Shown here: positions 15,001-26,868 of the stretch, piece by piece
Layout: each line of letters opens with the position of its first letter
Position numbering within the stretch: the stretch's first letter is position 1
Source of the DNA: Eledone cirrhosa
Taxonomy: Eukaryota
Assembly (NCBI GenBank): GCA_964016885.1
Contig: OZ024740.1
Location: forward strand, 3,038,001-3,102,000
Direction of reading: 5' to 3'
Length of the DNA stretch: 64,000 bases
Translations under genes and position numbers: made by a program
The notes under the pieces: model-generated
The model's input: only the letters and a program-made list of their open reading frames with translations
Database searches by the model: none
What the model was told of the DNA's origin: nothing

Positions 15001-18000
15001 ACTACCACCTAGCAAAGTGTCAGACCCTCTACCAATACTACCAATCCACCACCCTACCATGCTGTCAGACCCTCTACCAATACTACCAATCCACCACCCT
15101 ACCATGGTGTCAGACCCTCTACCAATACTGCCAAGACACCACCTAACATGGTGTCAGACCCTCTACCAATACTGCCAATCCACCACCTAACATGGTGTCA
15201 GACCATCTACCAATACTACCAATCCACCACTCTAATATGGCGTCTGACCCTCTACCTATACTACCAATCCACCACCTCACATAGTGTCATACCCTCTACC
15301 TATACTACCTATCCACCACCTAATATGGTGTCAGACCCTCGACCAATAATACCAATCCACAACCCTAACATGGTGTCAGACCCTCTACCAATACTGCCAA
15401 TCCACAACCTAATATGGTGTCAGACCCTCTACCAATACTGCCAATCCACCACCCTAACTTGGTGTCAGACACTCTATCAATACTACCAATCCACCACCCT
15501 AACATGGCGTCAGACCCTCTACCTATACTACCAATCCACCACCTTAACATGGCGTCAGACCCTCTACCAATACTACCAATCCACCACTTAACATGGTGTC
15601 AGACCCTCTACCAATACTGCCAATCTACCACGTAACATGGTGTCAGACCCTCTACCAATACTGCCAATCCACCACCTACCATGGTGTCAGACCCTCTACC
15701 AATACTGCCAATCAACCACCTAACATGGTGTCAGACCGTCTACCAATACTACCATTCAACCAGCCTACCATGGTGTCAGACCCTCTACCAATACTACCAA
15801 TCAACTATCCTACCATAGTGTCAGTCCCTCGACCAATACTGCCAATCTACCACCTAACATGGTGTGAGAGCCTCTACCAATACATCCAATCCACCACCTA
15901 ACATGGTGTCAGACCCTCGACCAATACTGCCAATCTACCACCTAACACGGTATCAGACCCTCTAACAATACTACCAATCCACCCCCTAACATGGTGTGAG
16001 ACCCTCTACCAATAGTGCCAATCCCCCACCTAACATTGTGTCAGACCCTCTACCAATACTGCCAATCCACCACCCTAGCATGGTGTCAGACCCTCTACCA
16101 ATACTACCTATCCACCACCCTAGCATGGTGTCAGACCCTCTACCAATACTACCAATCCACCACCCTGAAATGGTGTCAGACCCTCTACCAATACTACCAA
16201 TCCACTACCATGGTGTCAGACCCTCTACCAATACTTCCAATCCACCACCTAACATTGTATCAGACCCTCTACCTATACTACCAATCCACCAACCTAGCAT
16301 GGTGTCAGACCTTCTACCAATACTACCTATCCACCACCTAACATGGTGTCAGACCCTCTACCAATACTGCCAATCCACCACCTAACATGGTGTAAGACCC
16401 TCTACCGATACTACCAATCCACCACCTAACATGGTGTCAGACCCTCTACCAATACTGCCAATCCACCACCCTAACATGGTGTCAGACCCTCTACCAATAC
16501 TGCCAATCTACCACCTAGCATGGTGTCAGACCCTCTACCAATACTACCAATCCACCACCCTACCATGCTGTCAGACCCTCTACCAATACTACCAATCCAC
16601 CACCCTACCATGGTGTCAGACCCTCTACCAATACTGCCAATCCACCACCTAGCATAATGTCAGAGCCTCTACCAATACTACCAATCCACCACCCTACCAT
16701 GGTGTCAGACCCTCTACCAATACTGCCAAGACACCACCTAACATGGTGTCAGACCCTCTACCGATACTACCAATCCACCACCTAACATGGTGTCAGACCC
16801 TCTACCAATACTGCCAATCCACCACCCTAGCATGGTGTCAGACCCTCTACCAATACTACCTATCCACCACCCTAGAATGGTGTCAGACCCTCTACCAATA
16901 CTACCAATCCACTACCATTGTGTCAGACCCTCTACCAATACTTCCAAACCACAACCTAACATGGTGTCAGACCCTCTACCAATACTACCAATCCACCACC
17001 CTACCATGGTGTCAGACCCTCTACCAATACTGCCAATCCACCACCCTAGCATGGTGTCAGACCCTCTACCAATACTACATATCAACCACCCTACCATGGT
17101 GTCAGACCCTCTACCAATACTACCAATCCACCACCCTACCATGGTGTCAGACCCTCTACCAATACTACCAATCCACCACCTAGCAAAGTGTCAGACCCTC
17201 TACCAATACTACCAATCCACCACCCTACCATGCTGTCAGACCCTCTACCAATACTACCAATCCACCACCCTACCATGGTGTCAGACCCTCTACCAATACT
17301 GCCAAGACACCACCTAACATGGTGTCAGACCCTCTACCGATACTACCAATCCACCACCTAACATGGTGTCAGACCCTCTACCTATACTACCAACCCACCA
17401 CCCTACCATGGTGTCAGACCCTCTACAATACTATCAATCCACCACCCTACCATGGTGTCAGTCCCTCTACCACTAGTACCAATCCACCACCCTAGCAAGG
17501 TGTCAGACCCTCTACCTATACTGCGAATCCACCACCTACCATGGTGTCAGACCCTCTACCAATACTACCAATCCACCACCCTACCATGGTGTCAGACCCT
17601 CTACCACTAGTAGCAATCCACCACCCTACCATGGTGTCAGACCCTCTACTAATACTACCAATCCACCACCTACCATGGTGTCAGACCCTCTACCAATACT
17701 ACCAATCCACCACCTACCATGGTGTCAGACCCTCTACCAATACTACCAATCCACCACCCTACCATGGTGTCAGACCCTCTACCAATACTGCCAATCCACC
17801 ACCCTAGCATGGTGTCAGACCCTCTACCAATACTACATATCAACCACCCTACCATGGTGTCAGACCCTCTACCAATACTACCAATCCATGATCTAACATG
17901 GTGTCAGACCCTCTACCAATACTACCAATCCACCACCTAACATGGTGTCAGACCCTCTACCAATACTGCCAATCTACCACCTAGCAAAGTGTCAGACCCT

Positions 18001-20072
18001 CTACCAATACTACCAATCCACCACCCTACCATGCTGTCAGACCCTCTACCAATACTACCAATCCACCACCCTACCATGGTGTCAGACCCTCTACCAATAC
18101 TGCCAAGACACCACCTAACATGGTGTCAGACCCTCTACCGATACTACCAATCCACCACCTAACATGGTGTCAGACCCTCTACCTATACTACCAACCCACC
18201 ACCCTACCATGGTGTCAGACCCTCTACAATACTATCAATCCACCACCCTACCATGGTGTCAGTCCCTCTACCACTAGTACCAATCCACCACCCTAGCAAG
18301 GTGTCAGACCCTCTACCTATACTGCGAATCCACCACCTACCATGGTGTCAGACCCTCTACCAATACTACCAATCCACCACCCTACCATGGTGTCAGACCC
18401 TCTACCACTAGTAGCAATCCACCACCCTACCATGGTGTCAGACCCTCTACTAATACTACCAATCCACCACCTACCATGGTGTCAGACCCTCTACCAATAC
18501 TACCAATCCACCACCTACCATGGTGTCAGACCCTCTACCAATACTACCAATCCACCACCCTACCATGGTGTCAGACCCTCTACCAATACTGCCAATCCAC
18601 CACCCTAGCATGGTGTCAGACCCTCTACCAATACTACATATCAACCACCCTATCATGGTGTCAGACCCTCTACCAATACTACCAATCCACGATCTAACAT
18701 GGTGTCAGACCCTCTACCAATACTACCAATCCACCACCTAACATGGTGTCAGACCCTCTACCAATACTGCCAATCTACCACCTAGCAATGTGTCAGACCC
18801 TCTACCAATATTACCAATCCACCACCCTACCATGCTGTCAGACCCTCTACCAATACTACCAATCCACCACCCTACCATGGTGTCAGACCCTCTACCAATA
18901 CTGCCAAGACACCACCTAACATGGTGTCAGACCCTCTACCGATACTACCAATCCACCACCTAACATGGTGTCAGACCCTCTACCTATACTACCAACCCAC
19001 CACCCTACCATGGTGTCAGACCCTCTACAATACTATCAATCCACCACCCTACCATGGTGTCAGTCCCTCTACCACTAGTACCAATCCACCACCCTAGCAA
19101 GGTGTCAGACCCTCTACCTATACTGCGAATCCACCACCTACCATGGTGTCAGACCCTCTACCAATACTACCAATCCACCACCCTACCATGGTGTCAGACC
19201 CTCTACCACTAGTAGCAATCCACCACCCTACCATTGTGTCAGACCCTCTACTAATACTACCAATCCACCACCTACCATGGTGTCAGACCCTCTACCAATA
19301 CTACCAATCCACCACCTACCATGGTGTCAGACCCTCTACCAATACTGCCAATCTACCACCTAACATGGTGTCTGACCCTCTACCAATACTGCCAATCCAC
19401 CACCTAACATGGTGTCAGACCCTCTACCAATATTGCCAATCTACCACCTAACATGGTGTCTGACCCTCTACCAATATTGCCAATCCACCACCTAACATGG
19501 TGTCAGACCCTCTACCAATATTGCCAATCCACCACCTAACATGGTGTCAGACCCTCTACCAATATTGCCAATCCACCACCTAACATGGTGTCAGACCCTC
19601 TACCAATATTGCCAATCCACCACCCTACCATGGTTTCAGACCCTCTACAAATACTGCCAATCCACCACCCAGCAAGGTGTCAGACCCTCTACCAATACCA
19701 ATACTGCCAATCCACCACCTAGCATGGTGTCAGACCCTCTACAATACTACCAATCCACCACCCTACTATGGTGTCAGACCCTCTACCAATACTGCCAATC
19801 CACCACCTACCATAGTGTCAGACCCTCTACCAATACTGCCAATCCACCACCTACCATGGTGTCAGACCCACTACCAATACTACCAATCCACCACCTACCA
19901 TAGTGTCAGACCCACTACCAATACTACCAATCCACCACCTACCATAGTGTCAGACCCTCTACCAATACTACCAATCCACCACCCTAACATGGTGTCAGAC
20001 CCTCTACCTATACTGCCAATCTACCACCTAACATGGTGTCAGACCCTCTACAATACTACCAATCCACCACCC
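1..20072. repeat. Tandem satellite array 1, 44/45-bp monomer CATGGTGTCAGACCCTCTACCAATACT(A/G)CCAATCCACCACC(C)TA(A/C/G), about 450 copies, open at the left window edge
   Basis: Uninterrupted tandem repetition read directly. 44- and 45-mers differ in the C-run. Ends at ...AATCCACCACCC|GTACATAG. Confidence 0.98.
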
Positions 20073-20105
20073 GTACATAGAATAATGGACGAATGTCAGG
20101 AACAT

Positions 20106-20443
20106 GGAGGTACATGGCTTAGTGGTTAGAGCATTGGCCTTGCAATCGAAAGGTTGTGAGTTCAATTCTCAGACCGGGTGATGTGTTGTTTCCTTGAGCA
20201 AGACACTTTATTTCACATTGCTCCAGTTTACTCAGCTGTAGAAATGAGATTATAGGACTGGGGTCTATATCATTCCACTGCAAAGTGGTCGTGGAGGTTC
20301 CACGGCAAAAAAGCACCCAGCACTCACTGTAAATGAGGTTGGTGTTAGGAAGTGCATCCAGCTGTAGAAATAAAACCAGAATAAGTCCCACCCTTGCAAG
20401 CAGGGAAAAGCGGACGTAAAATGAAATGATGAGGATGATGATG
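20106..20443 (+). mobile_element. tRNA-derived SINE with RTE-type 3' tail
   Basis: A box TGGCTTAGTGG (20115-20125), B box GAGTTCAATTC (~20158-20168), central TCCTTGAGCAAGACACTT motif. 3' end CCCACCCTTGCAAGCAGGGAAAAGCGGACGTAAAATGA+(GAT)n matches the RTE end at 51550-51590. Confidence 0.85.
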
Positions 20444-20520
20444 AGTGTATGAGTCATGATATACACACAGATACACACACACACAAACACACACACACAT
20501 ACACACACACATATGGCTGT

Positions 20521-21030
20521 GTAATGGAGGGGGAATATCAGGTGTAGTGTTGGAAAATGTTGGGAAGCATGGAAGTTTTGAAGGATGCAATGCCTTGGCA
20601 ACTAACAACTGACGCAGGTAGTTTGTTCCATGCTTCAGCAACTCTGAGCGTGAAAAAATATTTCCGAAAGTCATGGGAGCTGTGTTGTTTTCTGACATTG
20701 TAGGCATGTCCACATGTGTTAGACACATGGAGATCAAAAAGGTGCTCAGGGTTGTTGTTGGCAAGATAGTTAATAACTTTGTGGGTGTTTACCAAGTCCA
20801 TTGCCAGACGTCGGAGCTTCAATGAATCCATGCCCAGGGAAGCAAGGCGTTCAGAGTATGGTAGGTGTCTGATGGAGGGTATGCGCTTGGTTGCACGTCT
20901 CTGAACAGTTTCCAGGAGGTCAATGTTCTGAGCAAGATAGGAGTTCCAGACTGGTGATGTGAATTCTAAGTGTGGCCACACCATAGCTATATATAGCTTT
21001 AAATATGTGGCTGTATGATGTATAAAGGTA
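20521..21030 (-). mobile_element. CR1/L2-type LINE fragment (C-terminal part of ORF2)
   Basis: Translation YLKLYIAMVWPHLEFTSPVWNSY..IDLLETVQRRATKRIP..LPYSERL..L..RR..DL..HK..GHAY..RKYFFTLRVAEAWNKLP is the typical CR1-clade post-RT region. Confidence 0.85.
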
Positions 21031-21514
21031 TATATATATATATGGCTGTATGATGTATAAAGGTGTATATATATATATATGGCTGTATGATGTATAAAGG
21101 TGTATATATATATGGCTGTATGATGTATAAAGGTGTATATATATATGGCTGTATGATGTATAAAGGTGTATATATATATATATATACACAGTTGGCAGCC
21201 ACCATATATATATATACATATGTTTTCTCTTTCTCTTAATTTCGAGTATATTTTTTTGACCGGCCACCTTCCTGGTGGCAAGGTTGTAAAAGAAAAGAAA
21301 TTGTTATCCCTTGAATCGCAAGAATGTTTTGCAAATTTTGAAGGTGCCAGCTATCGCAGCCATTTGTAGACTATGAATTAGGGAGCTGCGCTTTTTGTCC
21401 GCAAATCCAAGTTCGGTCATACTTTGGTCCAAGCAGGTTGGTATATAACCCGTAGCACCAATAATGATGTATGTATGTATGTATGTATGTATGTATGTAT
21501 ATATATATACATAT

Positions 21515-21730
21515 GGTCAGGTCACCAGTTGGTGCTACTGGTAACATGTATCCCAGTACAACCTGTCTCATGGTCGGGTCGTTGGCGACTAAACTGGCAA
21601 ACCCACCAAGGTTTCTTGGTGAGGAGGGTGACTTTCGACATCCTGCAGGACTAAAAACAAAACCTGTCAAAGGACAAACAAGCTCTTAAGAGTCAATGGC
21701 CATCCAAAATCACCGGGAGAGATGACCCCT
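21515..21730 (+). mobile_element. Probable 5'UTR fragment of an R4/Dong-like retrotransposon, with a candidate HDV-like ribozyme at its 5' end
   Basis: Starts directly after (TA)n. Ends in AAAATCACCGGG.G.GATGA, the motif that begins the RLE element at 61934. HDV-like helices at 21515-21597. Confidence 0.5.
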
Positions 21731-23152
21731 TAGCCTTTGTCAAGGCAGAATTCTAGGAGAAGGAAAACTCTGATATAATACCTGCAACCTTGATGGTATC
21801 CAATGATGTTGACTTGTTCTTCTTTTTGGTAAATATCATCTTGGTTAAGAGAGTGCCACTGGCTTTGTGCAGTGCCTTTGCTCACTATAAAAGCTTCACG
21901 GCACAGGCATTGCTTTATATCTGGAGATCTCTCTGCACTTGTTGTCACATGGTACAATGGGCCCAGCACTATGTGTCAATAATTGTCACAAATGTAGTGT
22001 TTGTGCCAGAGTTTTCAAGTCGCTGGCTGGACTAAAAAGTCACACTCGTTCAGCGCATCGGTAGGGGTTCTCCTACATGGATATAAAGTAGTGGCCATAC
22101 TCGAAAACGAGTTGGCAGCCACCATATATATATATATGGCTGTATGATGTATAAAGGTGTATATATATATATGGCTGTATGATGTATAAAGGTGTATATA
22201 TGTATGGCTGTATGATGTATAAATGCATAAAGGTGTATATATATATATATATATATATATGGCTGTATGATGTATAAAGGTGTATATATATATATATATA
22301 TATGGCTGTATGATGTATAAAGGTGTATATATATATATATATATATATGGCTGTATGATGTATAAAGGTGTATATATATTTATGACTGTATGATGTATAA
22401 AGGTGTATATATATATATATATATATGGCTGTATGATGTATAAAGGTGTATATATATATATATATATATGGCTGTATGATGTATAAAGGTGTATATATAT
22501 ATATGTGGCTGTATGATGTATAAAGGTGTATATATATATGGCTGTATGATGTATAAAGGTGTATATATATATATATATGGCTGTATGATGTATAAAGGTA
22601 TATATATATATATATATGGCTGTATGATGTATAAAGGTGTATATATATATATATATATATGGCTGTATGATGTATAAAGGTGTATATATATATATATATA
22701 TGGCTGTATGATGTATAAAGGTGTATATATATATATGGCTGTATGATGTATAAAGGTGTATATATATATATGGCTGTATGATGTATAAAGGTGTATATAT
22801 ATATATGGCTGTATGATGTATAAAGGAGTATATATATATATGGCTGTATGATGTATAAAGGTGTATATATATATATGGCTGTATGATGTATAAAGGTGTA
22901 TATATATATATGGCTGTATGATGTATAAAGGTGTATATATATATATGGCTGTATGATGTATAAAGGTGTATATATATATATGGCTGTATGATGTATAAAG
23001 GTGTATATATATATATATATATGGCTGTATGATGTATAAAGGTGTATATATATATATGGCTGTATGATGTATAAAGGTGTATATATATATATGGCTGTAT
23101 GATGTATAAAGGTGTATATATATATATGGCTGTATGATGTATAAAGGTGTAT

Positions 23153-23612
23153 ATCATCATCATCATCAACGTTTAACGTCCGTGTTCCACGCTTGCATGG
23201 GTTTGGACGGGGGTAGTCCCACTTGAGGCAAGAGTGATTGTCTTGCTCGCATAGGACTGTCTGGCAGGTTTTCTACAGTTGGATGCCCTTCCTAACACCA
23301 ACCACATTTACAGTGTGGGGCTGGGAGGTTTTTACCGTGTTGCCTACACGGCCACATTACAGCGTGGACTGTGTGTTTTTTGTCGTGACACCTACACGAT
23401 CTCATTTGCTTCGGCCTGGATGGTGTGGCACCAACATAACTTTACATAGAAGGGGGCGGTGTGTATGGGGTGGGGGTGGTGGGACGGGGGTGTATTTTGT
23501 TAGAGATGCCTACTGACTGTAGTAGGTTTTACTATGTATTTAGGTAAAGCGGGTCTTCTCTATTACTGAGTACCGCCAAATGTCTCGGTCCAGTGACATT
23601 GTCTTGGTGAGG
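23153..23612 (-). mobile_element. RTE LINE 3' end (family A), 5'-truncated
   Basis: (CAT)n tail, 3'UTR and last codons [21 protein letters not shown], matching 30790-31260. Confidence 0.9.
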
Positions 23613-23830
23613 ATGGCTGTATGATGTATAAAGGTGTATATATATATATATATGGCTGTATAATGTATAAAGGTGTATATATATATATGGCTGTATGATG
23701 TATAAAGGTGTATATATATATATATATATATGGCTGTATGATGTATAAAGGTATATATATATATATGGCTGTATGATGTATAAAGATGCATATATATATA
23801 TATATATGTGTGGCTGTATGATGTATAAAG

Positions 23831-23867
<37 letters not shown>

Positions 23868-24175
23868 TGGCTGTATGATGTATAAAGGTGTATATATATA
23901 TGTGGCTGTATTATGTATAAAGGTATCTACTATATAAATTGGAAGTGGTCGGATGTTGTATATTTAAGTAAGTAAGTAGGTGTAGTCGGATAAACGTCGA
24001 AACGGCTTAGTGCAATGCAACGAAAATTTACAGTTATGCAGAATGACGCAAGGAAGCGTTGGGTCGACTTTCAAATTAAAAGCTTCAATGGTTACAGAGA
24101 AAATCAATGAAACAATCAATGAAATTCAATGATCCAATAACAAAGGGAGATAACCTCTTTTTTTTTTAAAGAGTA

Positions 24176-24391
24176 TTTTCCCTTGAAATGTTATCGATTT
24201 CTTGGCAATTTTCCACGGAAACTTCAACACGTGTTTATTGGATAAAAATATTTTTATCGATTTCTTGACAATACAGTTCTAAGCAGACTTTTTTCCCTTG
24301 AAATTTTATCGATTTCTTGACAATTTTCCACGGAAACGTCAACACGTGTTTATTGGATAGAAAATATTTTTATCGATTTCTTGACAATACT
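24176..24391. repeat. ~100-bp direct duplication within Helitron 5' region
   Basis: TTTTCCCTTGAAAT..TCGATTTCTTG.CAATTTTCCACGGAAAC.TCAACACGTGTTTATTGGATA... occurs twice, ~116 bp apart. Confidence 0.85.
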
Positions 24392-24721
24392 GCATAAACT
24401 TCTGCATAAACAACACATTCAAACTTAATAACACGTGAGTTTTTGGTTGATGAACAACATTTCTTCGTAACTTATTTCATTCTTAAATGGACAATACAGT
24501 TCTAAGCAGGCTTCTACATAAACAACACATTCAAATTGATAAGGCATACTTTGCATTTCATTAGTTTATTTAACTACAATAATCAGTTTAAATGGGTTGC
24601 CTTAACGTCACACCAGTATCGTGAATGCTCGATTACAAGATTTGATTTTTTGCGCGTTCTAAGCAGACTTCTACTGCAATAAAAATCATTTACGGTTTGT
24701 TCGATCATGTAAAACTACTAC

Positions 24722-24846
24722 GTGTGTGTGTTACCATGTTTAGGTTTGTATATGTGTGTGTGTTACCATGTTTAGGTTTGTATATGTGTGTGTGTTACCA
24801 TGTTTAGGTTTGTATATGTGTGTGTGTTACCATGTTTAGGTTTGTA
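24722..24846. repeat. 32-bp tandem repeat x4 within Helitron
   Basis: TTACCATGTTTAGGTTTGTA recurs at 24731, 24763, 24795 and 24827. Confidence 0.95.
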
Positions 24847-25009
24847 ACTGTGCTAATATCCCATAACTTAGTGCAACTTGACAAAAGAGATCAATAAAGT
24901 AAGTGCCAGCCTTGAAAAATTAGTACTGGGATTGATATGACTGATTAAAGTAGCGGAGCAATGCGAATTCCTGAAGGCAAAAAATGAAATCTGTGGAAAG
25001 GACCAAAAA

Positions 25010-26868
25010 TGTTTTTTTTGCGGATGCTGCTACACCGCGTCGCTGGGCCGAAATCGTTTGCAGACCTCAGGCTTTTCGACGGAGAAGTCTGCTCTACTTA
25101 CAGGGATGCGTGCTTGAAGCATGGGATGTTAGAGGATGATTCTCACTAGAACGTGGCAATGAAAGAGTCCGCTGAATGTAGGATACCGCGAGAAATGAGA
25201 CGTCTTATTTGCGTTATGTTGATCTTCTGCAACGTGGGTGAGCCTTTGGGAAATGCATGTCAGAGGATTTCCTTCGAAGACTGCAAGCTGAGGATCCTTC
25301 AGGAGTTTTCGCATTCAATGATGCCATCTACAATGAGGCTCTCCTCGATCTGGAAAGTCGGCTGCAATCAATGACAGCGGTTGGTGTAGTAGATTTCGGC
25401 TTGCCTCAACCACGGAACCGTCCAAATGCTTTATCTGCTGAGTACATGCGGGAATTGAACTTCAACACAGACGAAATGGCGGCCCAAGTAGCTCAGGATG
25501 AGCCCCGACTTTTGGACGACCAGAGACAAGCATACCATAGGATCCTTTCCAGCATTGACTCTTACGAGGGAAAAATGTTTTTTTTTGGATGCTCCGGCGG
25601 CACTGTTAAAACCTTCCTCATCAATCTGCTGCTGGCTAAGCTGAGACAAGACAACCGCATTGTCTTAGCAGTTGCATCTAGTGGTATTGCGCCAACCCTG
25701 CTACATGGCAGTAAAACGGCACATTCAGCCTTCAAACTACCACTGGACTTGGCGAAAAAAAGAAACTCCAACCTGCAACATAAGTCGAGGATCGGCAAAA
25801 GGCAATCTACTCGCAAAGTGCTGCCTCATCATTTGGGACGAGGTAACCATGAGTCATAAAAATGCTTTTGAAGGTCTTGATCGGACTCTTCAAGACTTAC
25901 GGCGCAATACTCGGCTGATGGGCGGTACGACAGTTCTACTGGCTGGTGATTTCCGGCAGACTCTTCCTGTCATCCCGAAAGAGACAAGAGTAGACGAGAT
26001 CAATGCTTCAATAAAGTCGTCATATCTCTGGCATCATATTGAAAAACTTCATCTGACTACCAACATGAGAGTTCAGGTACATGGCGATCAAGATTATTTA
26101 ACTTTTTCGGCGCAGCTTCTTGATGTCGGCAATGGGCATATAGATGCAGATGCTGAAGGGCATATCCATCTTCCGTTTGGAAACTACGTGTCTGATGTGG
26201 ACGAACTAATGGAGTCTGTGTTTCCTGACATTGAAAATCGGTTTCGTGACCTCAACTGGCTTAGAGAGAGGGCTATTTTGGCACCACACAATGTGACAGT
26301 TGACGAAATAAACAAGAAACTCCTCGATCGGCTTCCAGGGAATACAGTTTCATTTAAGTCTATTGACACCAACAAAAATGCTGAGGATGCCACAATGTTT
26401 ACCATTGAATTCCTCAACAGTCAAACACCTCCTGGACTTCCGCCTCACGACCTGCAGCTAAAAGTTGGTGCGCCGGTTATGATGCTAAGGAACTTGCACT
26501 CTCCAACAATGTGCAACGGAACACGAATGATCATCAAATTGTTAAAGTCCAAAATTCTGGTTGCGACAATCTTGAACGGACCAGCTGCTGGCACAGACGT
26601 TCTAATTCCTCCAGTAAAACTCAGTCCATCTGACGTTGTCAACGAATTTACACGATTGCAATATCCCATCAAACTCAGCTTTGCCATGACCATCAACAAG
26701 GCACAGGGACAAACGATGCAAGTGGTTGGACTGAATCTGAGTGAACAGGCATTCTCACATGGCCAACTGTACATTGGATGTTCCCGAGTAGGAAGTCCAC
26801 GGGGAATCTTCATTCACTCAACAAAAAGAGAAGTTAGGAATGTTGTCTACCAAGAGGCTCTACAATGA
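25010..26868 (+). pseudogene. Helitron RepHel C-terminal half: Pif1-family SF1B helicase with stop and frameshifts
   Basis: FFLRMLLHRVAGPKSFADLR..YRDACLKHGMLEDD linker, Walker A GGTVKT (degenerate), IIWDEVTM, LAGDFRQTLPV, LTTNMRV, LKVGAPVMMLRNL..MCNGTR, FAMTINKAQGQT, FSHGQLYIGCSRV. Stop near 25148 and frameshift near 25760. Confidence 0.92.

Noticed and set aside
1-20072. CRISPR-like regular repeats
   Set aside because: No unique spacers, head-to-tail monomers, no cas genes, eukaryotic context.
20106-20175. Functional tRNA gene
   Set aside because: A and B boxes are present but it continues into a SINE body and LINE tail; no convincing acceptor stem.
25672-26868. Host PIF1 helicase gene
   Set aside because: Intronless, frameshifted and enclosed by Helitron termini.
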